Positions 19,608 through 29,204 of a stretch of DNA of 64,000 nt are shown in pieces. Both the position numbers and the translations under genes were made by a program. How positions within the stretch are numbered: the stretch's first letter is position 1; each line of letters begins with the position of its first letter. Source of the DNA: Pseudomonadota bacterium (lineage in GTDB: Bacteria > Pseudomonadota > Gammaproteobacteria > Ga0077536). The notes under the pieces were generated by a model that was given only the letters and a program-made list of their open reading frames with translations, was not told the DNA's origin and searched no databases. The stretch covers positions 884 to 64,883 of the forward strand of contig JAQCEL010000002.1 of the NCBI GenBank assembly GCA_027618655.1. The letters run 5' to 3'.

Positions 19608-21821
19608 CTAACAGGCTTGTAAACCTGCATAGGCAGCGACTAGCCACTTTACGCCATCGTCTTCGAAGTTAACTTGGACGCGGGCGTGTGCGCCGCGGCC
19701 TTCCAAATGCAAAACAACGCCTTCGCCGAAGCTTTTGTGCACGACTCGCTGCCCTAACATCAACCCGGTGTCCGCAGACGCTTGCGCGACGCCATCACCA
19801 ACGGCACTGCCGACGCGCCCGCCTAGACGCACTTCGTTGAACAGCTTCGCCGGGATCTCGCGAATGAATCGTGACGGTTGCGGATAATAATCCGAACCGT
19901 GTAGACGACGTGATTCCGCATGGCAGATCGTTAAATGACGCATCGCGCGGGTAATGCCAACGTAGCACAAGCGACGTTCTTCCTCTAATTGCAAAGGGTC
20001 TTCGACAGACCGCTTATGGGGAAACAAACCTTCTTCTACCCCCACGAGATAAACTTGCGGGAACTCCAAGCCCTTCGCTGAGTGCAAGGTCATTAGCTGC
20101 ACGCTGTCTTCATTTGCTCCTGCTTGGCCTTCCCCCGCTTCTAACGCCGCATGACTTAAAAAAGCAGCAATCAGGGGCATGTCTTGCGCGTCGTCGTTCG
20201 GGGTATAGTCGCGCGCCGCAGTCACGAGTTCTTCGAGATTTTCGATCCGATCTAAGCCGCGTTCGCCTTTCTCTTTCTTATAGTGATCCACCAAATCACT
20301 GTGCTCAATCACGGTTTCGATAACGCGACTCAACTCGAGATCCTCGATCGCAACACTGAGTCTATTAATTATATTCTGAAAATTTTCCAGTGCGTTTAGC
20401 GCACGCGATCCGAGCTCGCGGCTGCCGACGATGCGCTGCGAAGCTTCCCACAAGGTAATTTTCTCCAGCCGTGCCGTATTGCGTAAGGCATCGATGCTAC
20501 GTTGCCCTACGCCTCGCGTAGGAGTATTGACGATCCGTTCGAATGCCGCGTCGTCGCCACGAAACGTCGCTAACCTGAGATAAGCGAGGGCGTCTTTTAT
20601 TTCCGCACGCTCGTAGAACTTAAAGCCGCCGTGCACTCTGTAAGGGATCCCTTCTTGACGCAAGGCATCTTCTAGAACGCGCGACTGAGCACTTACCCGG
20701 TAGAGCACGGCGCATTGATCGTAACGTTCACCTTGGTCGTGCCACTGGCTCATGCGTCCAACGCAAAATCGCGCCTCATCAATATCATTAAACGCCGCAT
20801 ACAGAGTAATGGGTTGACCTGCTTCGTCGTCGGTCCACAACTGCTTACCAAGTCGGGATGGATTGTTCGAAATTAATGAATTCGCTGCCGCTAAGATGTT
20901 GCCCGTCGAACGATAGTTTTGTTCCAGCCGAATAATCTCGCTTTTCGGGTACTCGCGTTGAAAACGCTGCATGTTTTCTACTTTTGCTCCGCGCCAGCTA
21001 TAAATCGACTGGTCATCGTCGCCAACCACGAACATATTCCCATCATCACCGACGAGTTGGCGCAACCACCCGTATTGCAAGGTGTTAGTGTCTTGGAACT
21101 CGTCAACTAAGACGTGCCAGAAGCGCTCGCGGTAATGGCGCAACAAGCCAGGGGTGTCGCGCCACAGTTCGTGGGCGCGCAGCAGCAATTCGGCAAAATC
21201 AACTAAGCCCGCACGTCGGCACGATTCTTCGTATGCTCCATACACGTCGATCAAAGTGCGGGTGGTTAAGTCACTACCGTCATCGATATGTTTTGGGCGC
21301 AAACCTTCGTCTTTGCGTGCGTTGATAAACCATTGCGATTCGCGCGCCGGCCATTCGCTCTCGTCTAGATTCATCGCGCGCAAGGTGCGGCGGATCACTC
21401 TTAGCTGATCTTCACTGTCGATAATTTGAAATTGTTCGGGCAGTTCCGCCTCGCGCCAATGCACGCGCAAGAGGCGGTGAGCAATACCGTGAAACGTCCC
21501 CACCCACATCCCGCCGACCGGGCGTTGCAACAAGCTTTCAATGCGACCGCGCATTTCCTTTGCGGCCTTGTTGGTGAAAGTAACCGCCAAGATGCCTTTC
21601 GGTGTCGCTTGGCCCGTTTCCAGGTACCAAGCGATGCGGTGAACCAACACGCGCGTCTTGCCACTGCCAGCACCAGCAAGAACTAAAGCTTGTGGGGCTG
21701 CGACTGTGACTGCTTGACGCTGAGCGTCATTGAGCGAATCTAAGATTTCTCGTTCGTTCATTAATTCGGCAGGTGAGCTGTTCGCGGTTAAATAGGGATC
21801 ATTATCCACCAGGCTAGTCAT
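19608..21821 (-). CDS. uvrD: DNA helicase II
   Basis: 737 aa with Walker A AGAGSGKTRVL, the UvrD/Rep helicase motifs (VDEFQDTN, YRS) and the C-terminal HKSFGEGVV tail. Confidence 0.9.
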   Translation of the reverse strand: MTSLVDNDPYLTANSSPAELMNEREILDSLNDAQRQAVTVAAPQALVLAGAGSGKTRVLVHRIAWYLETGQATPKGILAVTFTNKAAKEMRGRIESLLQRPVGGMWVGTFHGIAHRLLRVHWREAELPEQFQIIDSEDQLRVIRRTLRAMNLDESEWPARESQWFINARKDEGLRPKHIDDGSDLTTRTLIDVYGAYEESCRRAGLVDFAELLLRAHELWRDTPGLLRHYRERFWHVLVDEFQDTNTLQYGWLRQLVGDDGNMFVVGDDDQSIYSWRGAKVENMQRFQREYPKSEIIRLEQNYRSTGNILAAANSLISNNPSRLGKQLWTDDEAGQPITLYAAFNDIDEARFCVGRMSQWHDQGERYDQCAVLYRVSAQSRVLEDALRQEGIPYRVHGGFKFYERAEIKDALAYLRLATFRGDDAAFERIVNTPTRGVGQRSIDALRNTARLEKITLWEASQRIVGSRELGSRALNALENFQNIINRLSVAIEDLELSRVIETVIEHSDLVDHYKKEKGERGLDRIENLEELVTAARDYTPNDDAQDMPLIAAFLSHAALEAGEGQAGANEDSVQLMTLHSAKGLEFPQVYLVGVEEGLFPHKRSVEDPLQLEEERRLCYVGITRAMRHLTICHAESRRLHGSDYYPQPSRFIREIPAKLFNEVRLGGRVGSAVGDGVAQASADTGLMLGQRVVHKSFGEGVVLHLEGRGAHARVQVNFEDDGVKWLVAAYAGLQAC

Positions 21822-21910
21822 ATGCCCGGCTACGGTTCAGTTTAACCTGGCTGTCGGCTGCCTTTACAGCACCAGCAGGCCCGTCAATGCGTTACAATCG
21901 CATTTATACT

Positions 21911-23245
21911 ATGAATAGTTCCAACGACCCCAAACAACAAGCGCTCGCATCTCTCGAGATCGCGATGGACCACGCACGTAAGCTCGGCGCTAGTGCCGCT
22001 GAGGCTTCATTAAGCACTGGCGGTGGATTGTCAGTGACGGTGCGTAACGGCGAACTCGAGTCAATTGAGCATCATCAGGATAAAGCCTTATCGCTCACTG
22101 TTTATCACGGCAAACGCAAGGGCACAGCCACGACAACAGATTTCTCGCCGCGCAGTATCGAATCGACCGTGGCAGCTGCACATCGCATTGCGCAATACGC
22201 CGAAGCTGATCCGTACGCTGGATTAATCGACCCGAGCTATCTAGCGCAAGACATTATAGATCTCGATCTCGATCATCCGTGGGACGTGACGCCTGAGGAG
22301 GCAACTGAGTTAGCCCAACGCTGCGATAGCGCGGCTCGTGACTTCGATCCACGGGTTGATCAAATTGACGACGTGAGTGTCTCCCAACATCGCGGAACCC
22401 GCGGTTACGCAAGTACGGATGGATTTGCCGAAGCTTACTCGGGTTCGCGTCATTCGCTCAGCTGTATTGTGGTCGGTAAGCACGAACAAACGATGCAGCG
22501 AGGGTACTGGTATACGCTCGCGCGCAATGCCAGTGAGTTAGCCACACCCGAGTCGGTTGGGATCGCAGCAGCCGACCGTACCATGGCCAAACTCGGCGCC
22601 CGCAAGGTCGCAACTGAAAAAGTGCCGGTGATTTTTGAAGCACCCGTGGCGAGTGGTCTGGTGGGACACTTGGTGAGCGCGATTTCTGGCGGTAATTTGT
22701 ACCGCAAAGCGTCGTTCCTCGTCGATTGTGCCGGACAGAAAATTTTTCCTGATCATCTATCCATTATCGAGGCGCCGCATCTCGTTCGCGGTCTCGGCAG
22801 CGCACCATTTGATGCGGAAGGGGCGAAAACGTCCGCGCGTGATCTCGTCGATAACGGTGTGCTGACGGGTTATGTGCTTGGCAGTTATTCGGCGCGTCGC
22901 TTAAATGTACCGCCCACCGGGAATGCCGGTGGGGTGCACAATCTTAGTGTGTCGCACCAGGATTTGAGTTTCGAGCAACTTGTTGCGCAAATGGGTCGCG
23001 GACTCATCGTAACTAGCCTGATGGGCTTTGGTATCAACATGGTCACTGGTGATTATTCCCGCGGCGCGAGTGGCTTTTGGGTAGAAGATGGTGCGATTGC
23101 GTATCCAGTGGAAGAAATCACGATCGCTGGCAACCTGTCCGAAATGTTTAAGAATATCATCGCTTGCGCCGCCGACGTCGATCGGCGGGGCAACATTCAC
23201 ACGGGCTCTATGCTGATTGAGTCGTTAACAGTCGCAGGTTCGTAA
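21911..23245 (+). CDS. pmbA: metalloprotease PmbA (TldE)
   Basis: PmbA/TldD fold, about 444 aa from the ATG at 21911 (MNSSNDPKQ). The C-terminal GDYSRGASGFWVEDG block is conserved. Confidence 0.9.
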   Translation: MNSSNDPKQQALASLEIAMDHARKLGASAAEASLSTGGGLSVTVRNGELESIEHHQDKALSLTVYHGKRKGTATTTDFSPRSIESTVAAAHRIAQYAEADPYAGLIDPSYLAQDIIDLDLDHPWDVTPEEATELAQRCDSAARDFDPRVDQIDDVSVSQHRGTRGYASTDGFAEAYSGSRHSLSCIVVGKHEQTMQRGYWYTLARNASELATPESVGIAAADRTMAKLGARKVATEKVPVIFEAPVASGLVGHLVSAISGGNLYRKASFLVDCAGQKIFPDHLSIIEAPHLVRGLGSAPFDAEGAKTSARDLVDNGVLTGYVLGSYSARRLNVPPTGNAGGVHNLSVSHQDLSFEQLVAQMGRGLIVTSLMGFGINMVTGDYSRGASGFWVEDGAIAYPVEEITIAGNLSEMFKNIIACAADVDRRGNIHTGSMLIESLTVAGS

Positions 23246-24641
23246 CACTCGCTTCACCCATTTTATTGAACGCATCGAGCGCCGCAATTTTGTAAGTTTC
23301 GGCCAAGGTTGGATAATTAAAGACCGCGTTCACAAAGTAGTCGAGCTTGCCCTGGTGCGCCAATACGGCTTGCCCAATATGCACGAGCTCAGTCGCCCCT
23401 TCGCCCACGATATGCACACCAAGCAATTCACGCGTGTCCAAGTGAAAGAGTAACTTCACCAAACCTTCGCGCAAACCAAGAATTTGACCGCGCGAGGTTT
23501 CGCGAAATCGCGCGATGCCGCTTTCATACGGAATGCCGCCGGCGCGCAACTCTTCTTCGGTTTTGCCAACCACACTCATTTCGGGTACAGCGTAGATGCC
23601 AAACGGAAACAGATCTTCGCGGATATTAAGTAATGTTCCACCGAATGCGTGGCAGGCGGCGTGACGCCCTTGTTCCATCGACGTGGACGCTAGCCCCGGA
23701 AATCCGATCACATCACCAGCCGCGTAAATATGACCCACCGCTGTTCGGTAGTGTTCATCGACGGCGATCCGGCCGCGTTCATCCGGCGATAAGCCGGCGT
23801 TTTCAAGACGCAAGCCTTCCGTGTTAGATAGTCGTCCCGCAGCAAATAGCACCATGTCAGCCTTGATGCGCTTGCCGCTGGCGAGATGCACGACCAAAGC
23901 ATTCTTTGGCAGCTGCTCAACGGATGAAACGGTTTCGCCGAGGCGCAGTTTCACGCCGCGATCGCGCAAATGATGGATGAATTCATCGACGATTTCGCGA
24001 TCAAGAAAATCTAAAATTTCCGTACGCCCGTCAACCACGGTCACTGCTATGTCGAGTGCATTTAGCATCGAGGCGTATTCCATGCCGATCACGCCGGCAC
24101 CAACCACCACTAAGTTGCGAGGTAAGGTCTCCATCTGCAAGAGATGGTCGCTATCGACCACGTTCGGGGAGTCGAACGAAATATTACTCGGTCGCGCCGG
24201 TCTCGAACCGGTCGCAATCAATACCGTTTTGGCTTCGACGACTTCGGGTTCTTCGCCCGGCCTTTCAATGCGAATGTGGTGCGGATCATCGAACGAAGCG
24301 CTACCAATTTTAGTCGCGACGTAATTGCGGTGCATCTTATGCTGCAGGATTTCAACTTCTTGGCGCACGGTAATGTCCAAGCGCTGAATTAAGTCTTCGG
24401 CACTAATGCGCTCTTTCACGCGATAGCTACGACCGTAAAATCCGCGTTGGCGCCAACCGCTGAGATACAACACGGCTTCGCGTAGCGTCTTACTCGGGAT
24501 AGTGCCCGAATGTAGGCACGCGCCGCCGACCCGCGAATATCGCTCAATTAGTAAAACTGAATGGCCGAGTTTGGCTGATTGAATCGCAGCACGTTGTCCG
24601 GCTGGGCCACTACCGATAACTACATAATCGTATTTATCCAC
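23208..24641 (-). CDS. sthA: soluble pyridine nucleotide transhydrogenase
   Basis: 477 aa with the FAD motif YDYVVIGSGPAG and flavoprotein disulfide reductase architecture, SthA-like throughout. Confidence 0.85.
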   Translation of the reverse strand: MDKYDYVVIGSGPAGQRAAIQSAKLGHSVLLIERYSRVGGACLHSGTIPSKTLREAVLYLSGWRQRGFYGRSYRVKERISAEDLIQRLDITVRQEVEILQHKMHRNYVATKIGSASFDDPHHIRIERPGEEPEVVEAKTVLIATGSRPARPSNISFDSPNVVDSDHLLQMETLPRNLVVVGAGVIGMEYASMLNALDIAVTVVDGRTEILDFLDREIVDEFIHHLRDRGVKLRLGETVSSVEQLPKNALVVHLASGKRIKADMVLFAAGRLSNTEGLRLENAGLSPDERGRIAVDEHYRTAVGHIYAAGDVIGFPGLASTSMEQGRHAACHAFGGTLLNIREDLFPFGIYAVPEMSVVGKTEEELRAGGIPYESGIARFRETSRGQILGLREGLVKLLFHLDTRELLGVHIVGEGATELVHIGQAVLAHQGKLDYFVNAVFNYPTLAETYKIAALDAFNKMGEASVTNLRLLTTQSA

Positions 24642-24852
24642 AATTGTTCCTTACTGAAGTTAATCTTGTTCGACTGTTGTGCCGTTATACGAACTGCAAC
24701 ATAGAAATAGTGGTCCATGTTGTTTAAGCTTTTTCGAGCGTTGCCGCCTACCATGCCCATGCACCGGATTTGAACCCGGGAGCAGTGTCGCCGCGATGCT
24801 TCAGAATCCGGGATCCCGAAGAAATGCCACAGTGTTCCAGTAGTCGACCGAA

Positions 24853-25821
24853 ATGAATAAAACTTTAAGATACGCGCCGCTAGCAGAAATCGATCAAACC
24901 GCCGAGGTCGCAGCGAAGATATTGTTGGATCGGGCTCTTGATCGGGCATCAGAGATCATTCTCGGCAAACGCCAGGAGTTGCGCTTGGCTTTCGTCTGCG
25001 TCCTTGCTGGCGGACACTTGCTCATCGAAGATTTACCCGGAGTCGGCAAAACAACGCTCGCCCACCTATTAGGAAAATTGTTGGGCTTGAGCTTTCAAAG
25101 AATTCAATTTACCAGCGATTTGTTGCCTGCGGACGTCATAGGAGTGTCTATTTTTGACCGCGAAACGTCCGTTTTTAGCTTTCACCACGGCCCGATATTC
25201 ACTCAACTGCTACTCGCCGACGAGGTAAATCGCGCGACGCTGCGAGCACAAAGCGCGCTGCTCGAAGCGATGGAGGAACGCCAAGTCACGGTCGATGGGG
25301 AAACCCATGTACTACCTGATCCGTTCTTTGTGATTGCGACGCAGAATCCGTCAGATCAAGTTGGCACGTTTCCATTGCCGGAGTCGCAGCTCGATCGCTT
25401 CCTCATGAGAATTTCGATTGGTTATCCATCACGCGAAGCCGAGCTCGAGCTACTGGGCGGCGAACCACGGCGACTCATGCTCGGTCGAATCGAGGCATTG
25501 TTGGACTTAACGGAACTACGCAGACTTCAATAACAAGCCGCCAACGTGCATGTGGCCGAACCGCTGCTGAACTATATTCAAGATTTACTTGCGTTTAGCC
25601 GCTCGGCACCCCTGTTTACCCAGGGCTTGTCGCCGCGTGCCGGACTTGCCATTGTCCAGGCTGCGAAGGCTTGGGCGCTAATGGACGGTCGCAACCATGT
25701 GCTGCCTGAAGATGTACAAAGTATTCTGCCTTCCGTGGTCGCTCATCGTTTAGGTGGGGGGTTAGATGGACGAGACTCAGAGCTAGCTCAACAACTGATC
25801 AAGGCCGTGCCAATTCCGTGA
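24853..25821 (+). pseudogene. MoxR-family AAA+ ATPase interrupted by an in-frame TAA (pieces 24853..25533 and 25546..25821)
   Basis: Walker A PGVGKTT and Walker [11 protein letters not shown] lie in the first piece. A TAA at 25531-25533 (LRRLQ*QAANVHVAEPLLNYI) is followed in the same frame by the conserved MoxR C-terminal lid (GLSPRAGLAIVQAAKAWALMDGRNHVLPEDV). Confidence 0.75.
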
Positions 25822-26771
25822 GCACACCTGCGGCGGCGCCCACGGCGCAAATCCTCATCACGCTCAATCGCAAGCGGGTTTATATTTTCCCGAGTAAGCA
25901 TGGAATCATGCTTGCAGTGATGGTCTTCGTTATTCTACTCGGCTCCGTAAATTACGATAACGCGCTCGGTTACCTTTTATCGTTCTTGCTGTTTGGACTT
26001 TTTTTAATCGGGGTTTTGCACACGTATCGCAACTTAACCGGTTTGTCTTATGTTGCTGGTGATGCAAAACCCGTATTTGCGGGCAGTGACGCAACCTTTA
26101 AAGTAACCATTGAAAATACCGCTGACTGGCAACGTTACAACATACATCTAGCCCATCGGCCAGGCTTGTCAAATCGCTGGCGCCGCCGCAGGTCGATCGT
26201 TCGCGCGGAAATCGCGACGATCAAACCGCGTTCAATTGCGACCATGAATCTCACGCTGGCCGCCACGACGCGCGTCTCGCTGCACCTTACTAGGGTGCGC
26301 ATTTCTTCGGTGTTTCCACTTAGCATTCTGCGTGCCTGGGGATATTTCGAGACACCGCTACAGTGTTTGGTTTATCCGCAAGCGATCGGTCAACTCGCGA
26401 TGCCGCTTGATGTGCACGCGATCGGAGAATCGAACGTCGGCGTAAGCCAAGGGAACGACGATTTCGCGGGCTTTCGTCCTTATCAAGCAGGTGACCCAAT
26501 CCGAACGATAGCGTGGAAAAATCTTGCCAAACAGGATCCCGTTTTAGTGAAACGATTTACCGGTGGCGGCTCGAGCGCGGTGCGTTTGCGTTGGGCGGAT
26601 ACTGCAGTGTTAGGCGATACAGAATTGCGTCTGTGTCAGTTGTCGCATTGGATCGTTGAGGCTGAGCGCTTAGGGCTAGATTACGCACTCGAGCTGCCTG
26701 AGTTAACGATTGACCCTAACTCAGGCAGCGCACACTGCCATGCGTGCCTGAGTGCATTAGCACTGTATTAA
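25818..26771 (+). CDS. DUF58-domain protein (MoxR partner)
   Basis: Its GTG start overlaps the moxR stop (GTGA). It has two N-terminal TM helices and the DUF58 motif GNDDFAGFRPYQAGDPIRTIAWK. Confidence 0.8.
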   Translation: MSTPAAAPTAQILITLNRKRVYIFPSKHGIMLAVMVFVILLGSVNYDNALGYLLSFLLFGLFLIGVLHTYRNLTGLSYVAGDAKPVFAGSDATFKVTIENTADWQRYNIHLAHRPGLSNRWRRRRSIVRAEIATIKPRSIATMNLTLAATTRVSLHLTRVRISSVFPLSILRAWGYFETPLQCLVYPQAIGQLAMPLDVHAIGESNVGVSQGNDDFAGFRPYQAGDPIRTIAWKNLAKQDPVLVKRFTGGGSSAVRLRWADTAVLGDTELRLCQLSHWIVEAERLGLDYALELPELTIDPNSGSAHCHACLSALALY

Positions 26772-28753
26772 TGAGAGCCGCGAACCAAAGTCACGTCCAA
26801 CGTCAACATGTCTTTTGGGCGTTACTATGCTTGGTACTTGCCTTAATGCCACACGCGAGTCGCTTTTCGCCGTGGTTACTCGTTTGTTTTTGTACGCTTG
26901 CCGCCTGGCGCGTGCTCGGGGAGGTCCACCTATTACCCCTGCCGACGCGAGCGCACGTGTGGTTGTGGATCTTGAAACAACTGTTGGCGCTTGCGGCGTT
27001 TACCGCGATTTATATTAGCTACCAAGGACAAATCGGGCGGGACGCTGGAGTCGCGCTGCTCACTGCTTTACTTGGGCTTAAGATGCTCGAATTAAATCGC
27101 GAACGCGATTACTACATCACGATGTTTCTCGCATATTTCCTCGTGGTAACGAATTTCTTCTATTCACAAACGCTCGCAACTGCGGCATTTATGCTGCTTA
27201 TTGTGGTGATCGTGACGGGCAGATTGATCAGTTTCAATGCGCCGGGCAGCAGCTTAGGGCCGCTACGTAGCGTCCGCCTGGACAGTAGTTACGTTGCGCA
27301 AGCTATCCCGTTGATGATTGTTGGATTCTTTTTGTTTCCGCGCATACCGGGACCGTTATGGGGCGTCGAACAAGCGTCAAGCGCGGCGGTCACCGGGCTC
27401 TCGAGTGAGATGTCGATCGGACACATCACAGAACTTGGCGTCTCGGATGAAATCGCCTTTCGCGTCGCATTCGATGGTGCGGTACCACGCGCTCAAGACC
27501 TTTATTGGCGAGGACCGATCATGTGGCACACGGATGGACGCAATTGGAGCGCAGGCGATGTCGGCGATGGACCCGCGGTTACGTTCTTCGGCGAAGGGCC
27601 GGTGTATCGATACTCGGTGACTATTGAACCGCATTACGAACGTTGGTTATTCGGTCTCGACGCGGTCACTCAATTCGATGGCGATGCGCGCCACACGAGT
27701 GACGGACGCCTGCTCAGCAAAAATCGGATCAGGCAGCGGCAGCGTTATACGCTCGAGTCACAAACTGATTTTAAGTTCCCTACGATCACTGACTCCGAAC
27801 GCCAGGCGGCGCTAGAACTGCCGACGAACTTTCATCCATTAACCCATCGCTTAGCTGACAGTTGGCGCGCGACTTCTACGACCGATGCTGAAATCGTCAA
27901 CAAGGCGCTTGCGCACTTCAATCGCGAACCATTTAACTACACGCTGACCCCACAGGTGTTGCGTGGTGATCCGATCGACGCATTCTTATTCGACACGCGG
28001 GAAGGTTTTTGCGAACACTATGCGGCAGCATTCGTTACTTTAATGCGGGCCGCGCAGATCCCTGCGAGAGTGGTAACTGGCTACCAAGGTGGCGAATTTA
28101 ATAGCCTTTCGGATTACATGGTTATCCGCCAACGCGACGCCCATGCATGGGCAGAAGTGTACTTGGATCCGCTTGGTTGGATCAGAGTCGATCCGACCGG
28201 CGCGGTCGCGCCAGAACGCGTTTCGTTAGGCATTAGCCGTGCCTTGCCGCAGCGCTCGCGGTTGCCGATCTTAGGGACCGATTTCGGATCGGTGCACCTG
28301 CTGCGCGGTGTCGGCGATCTATGGGACGCAATGAACTATAACTGGAGTCAGTGGGTCCTAGGCTATACGCCGAAGCGCCAACAACAATTACTGGAAGATT
28401 TGGGATTCGAAAACTGGCACTACGCGAACCTCGTCTTTTTACTCACGACTGGACTCGCGGCGTTAATGGCCTTGATCGCAGTGTTAGTTCTGAGGTCGCG
28501 ACCGCCTCGTATCGACCCGGCCTTCGTCGCCTATGCACTATTTTGTCGTAAGCTGGCGCGGGTCGGGTTCATTCGCGAGCCGAGTGAAGGTGCCGTTGAT
28601 TTCGCGAACCGGGTGAGTCGGATACGAGCCGATCTGGCGGAAGAGATCGAATCGATAACTAAGCTGTATACGATGCAGCGATACGCCGAAGTCGAAACGT
28701 CGGCGAGTCAATTGATTTATCGCGTGAGGCGCTTCAAACCACGAAAATTGTAA
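26771..28753 (+). CDS. tgpA: transglutaminase-domain membrane protein (TgpA-like)
   Basis: The ATG at 26771 overlaps the DUF58 stop (TAATG). It has a polytopic N-terminus and a transglutaminase core with Cys (EGFCEHYAAAF), His (DAHAWAEVY) and Asp (RVDPT). Confidence 0.85.
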   Translation: MRAANQSHVQRQHVFWALLCLVLALMPHASRFSPWLLVCFCTLAAWRVLGEVHLLPLPTRAHVWLWILKQLLALAAFTAIYISYQGQIGRDAGVALLTALLGLKMLELNRERDYYITMFLAYFLVVTNFFYSQTLATAAFMLLIVVIVTGRLISFNAPGSSLGPLRSVRLDSSYVAQAIPLMIVGFFLFPRIPGPLWGVEQASSAAVTGLSSEMSIGHITELGVSDEIAFRVAFDGAVPRAQDLYWRGPIMWHTDGRNWSAGDVGDGPAVTFFGEGPVYRYSVTIEPHYERWLFGLDAVTQFDGDARHTSDGRLLSKNRIRQRQRYTLESQTDFKFPTITDSERQAALELPTNFHPLTHRLADSWRATSTTDAEIVNKALAHFNREPFNYTLTPQVLRGDPIDAFLFDTREGFCEHYAAAFVTLMRAAQIPARVVTGYQGGEFNSLSDYMVIRQRDAHAWAEVYLDPLGWIRVDPTGAVAPERVSLGISRALPQRSRLPILGTDFGSVHLLRGVGDLWDAMNYNWSQWVLGYTPKRQQQLLEDLGFENWHYANLVFLLTTGLAALMALIAVLVLRSRPPRIDPAFVAYALFCRKLARVGFIREPSEGAVDFANRVSRIRADLAEEIESITKLYTMQRYAEVETSASQLIYRVRRFKPRKL

Positions 28754-28799
28754 GGCGCGGAAATTCAACCGAGCCAGCCACTTAAGGAGAACAGATACT

Positions 28800-29204
28800 A
28801 TGCGTACAAGCCAACCGATCGTTTTTCTCTGCCTGATATTGTGCAGCGCCGCGAACTATGCCGCGGATTCTGGTGCTTATATAGTTTCCCCATTGAACGG
28901 CGCCGTACTTAGCAATCCGGTCACTGTGGTATTCGGATTACGCAACGGATTCGGCGTCGCGCCGGCTGGGGTGAACGTTGAAAATACGGGTCATCATCAC
29001 TTGCTCATAGATACGCCCTTACCGGATTTAACTCAGCCGATTCCTAAAGACGATCAGCACCGACATTTCGGCGGCGGACAAACAGAGGTCACTTTAGAGC
29101 TCAGCCCAGGTGAACATACGCTGCAACTTTTGTTAGGAAATTTCGCGCACATTGCGCATCAGCCTGCGGTGATGTCTGAGCCGATCACGGTGACCGTTAA
29201 GTAA
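28800..29204 (+). CDS. DUF4399-like secreted protein
   Basis: 134 aa with a signal peptide and the TGHHHLLID motif I associate with DUF4399. Confidence 0.65.
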   Translation: MRTSQPIVFLCLILCSAANYAADSGAYIVSPLNGAVLSNPVTVVFGLRNGFGVAPAGVNVENTGHHHLLIDTPLPDLTQPIPKDDQHRHFGGGQTEVTLELSPGEHTLQLLLGNFAHIAHQPAVMSEPITVTVK

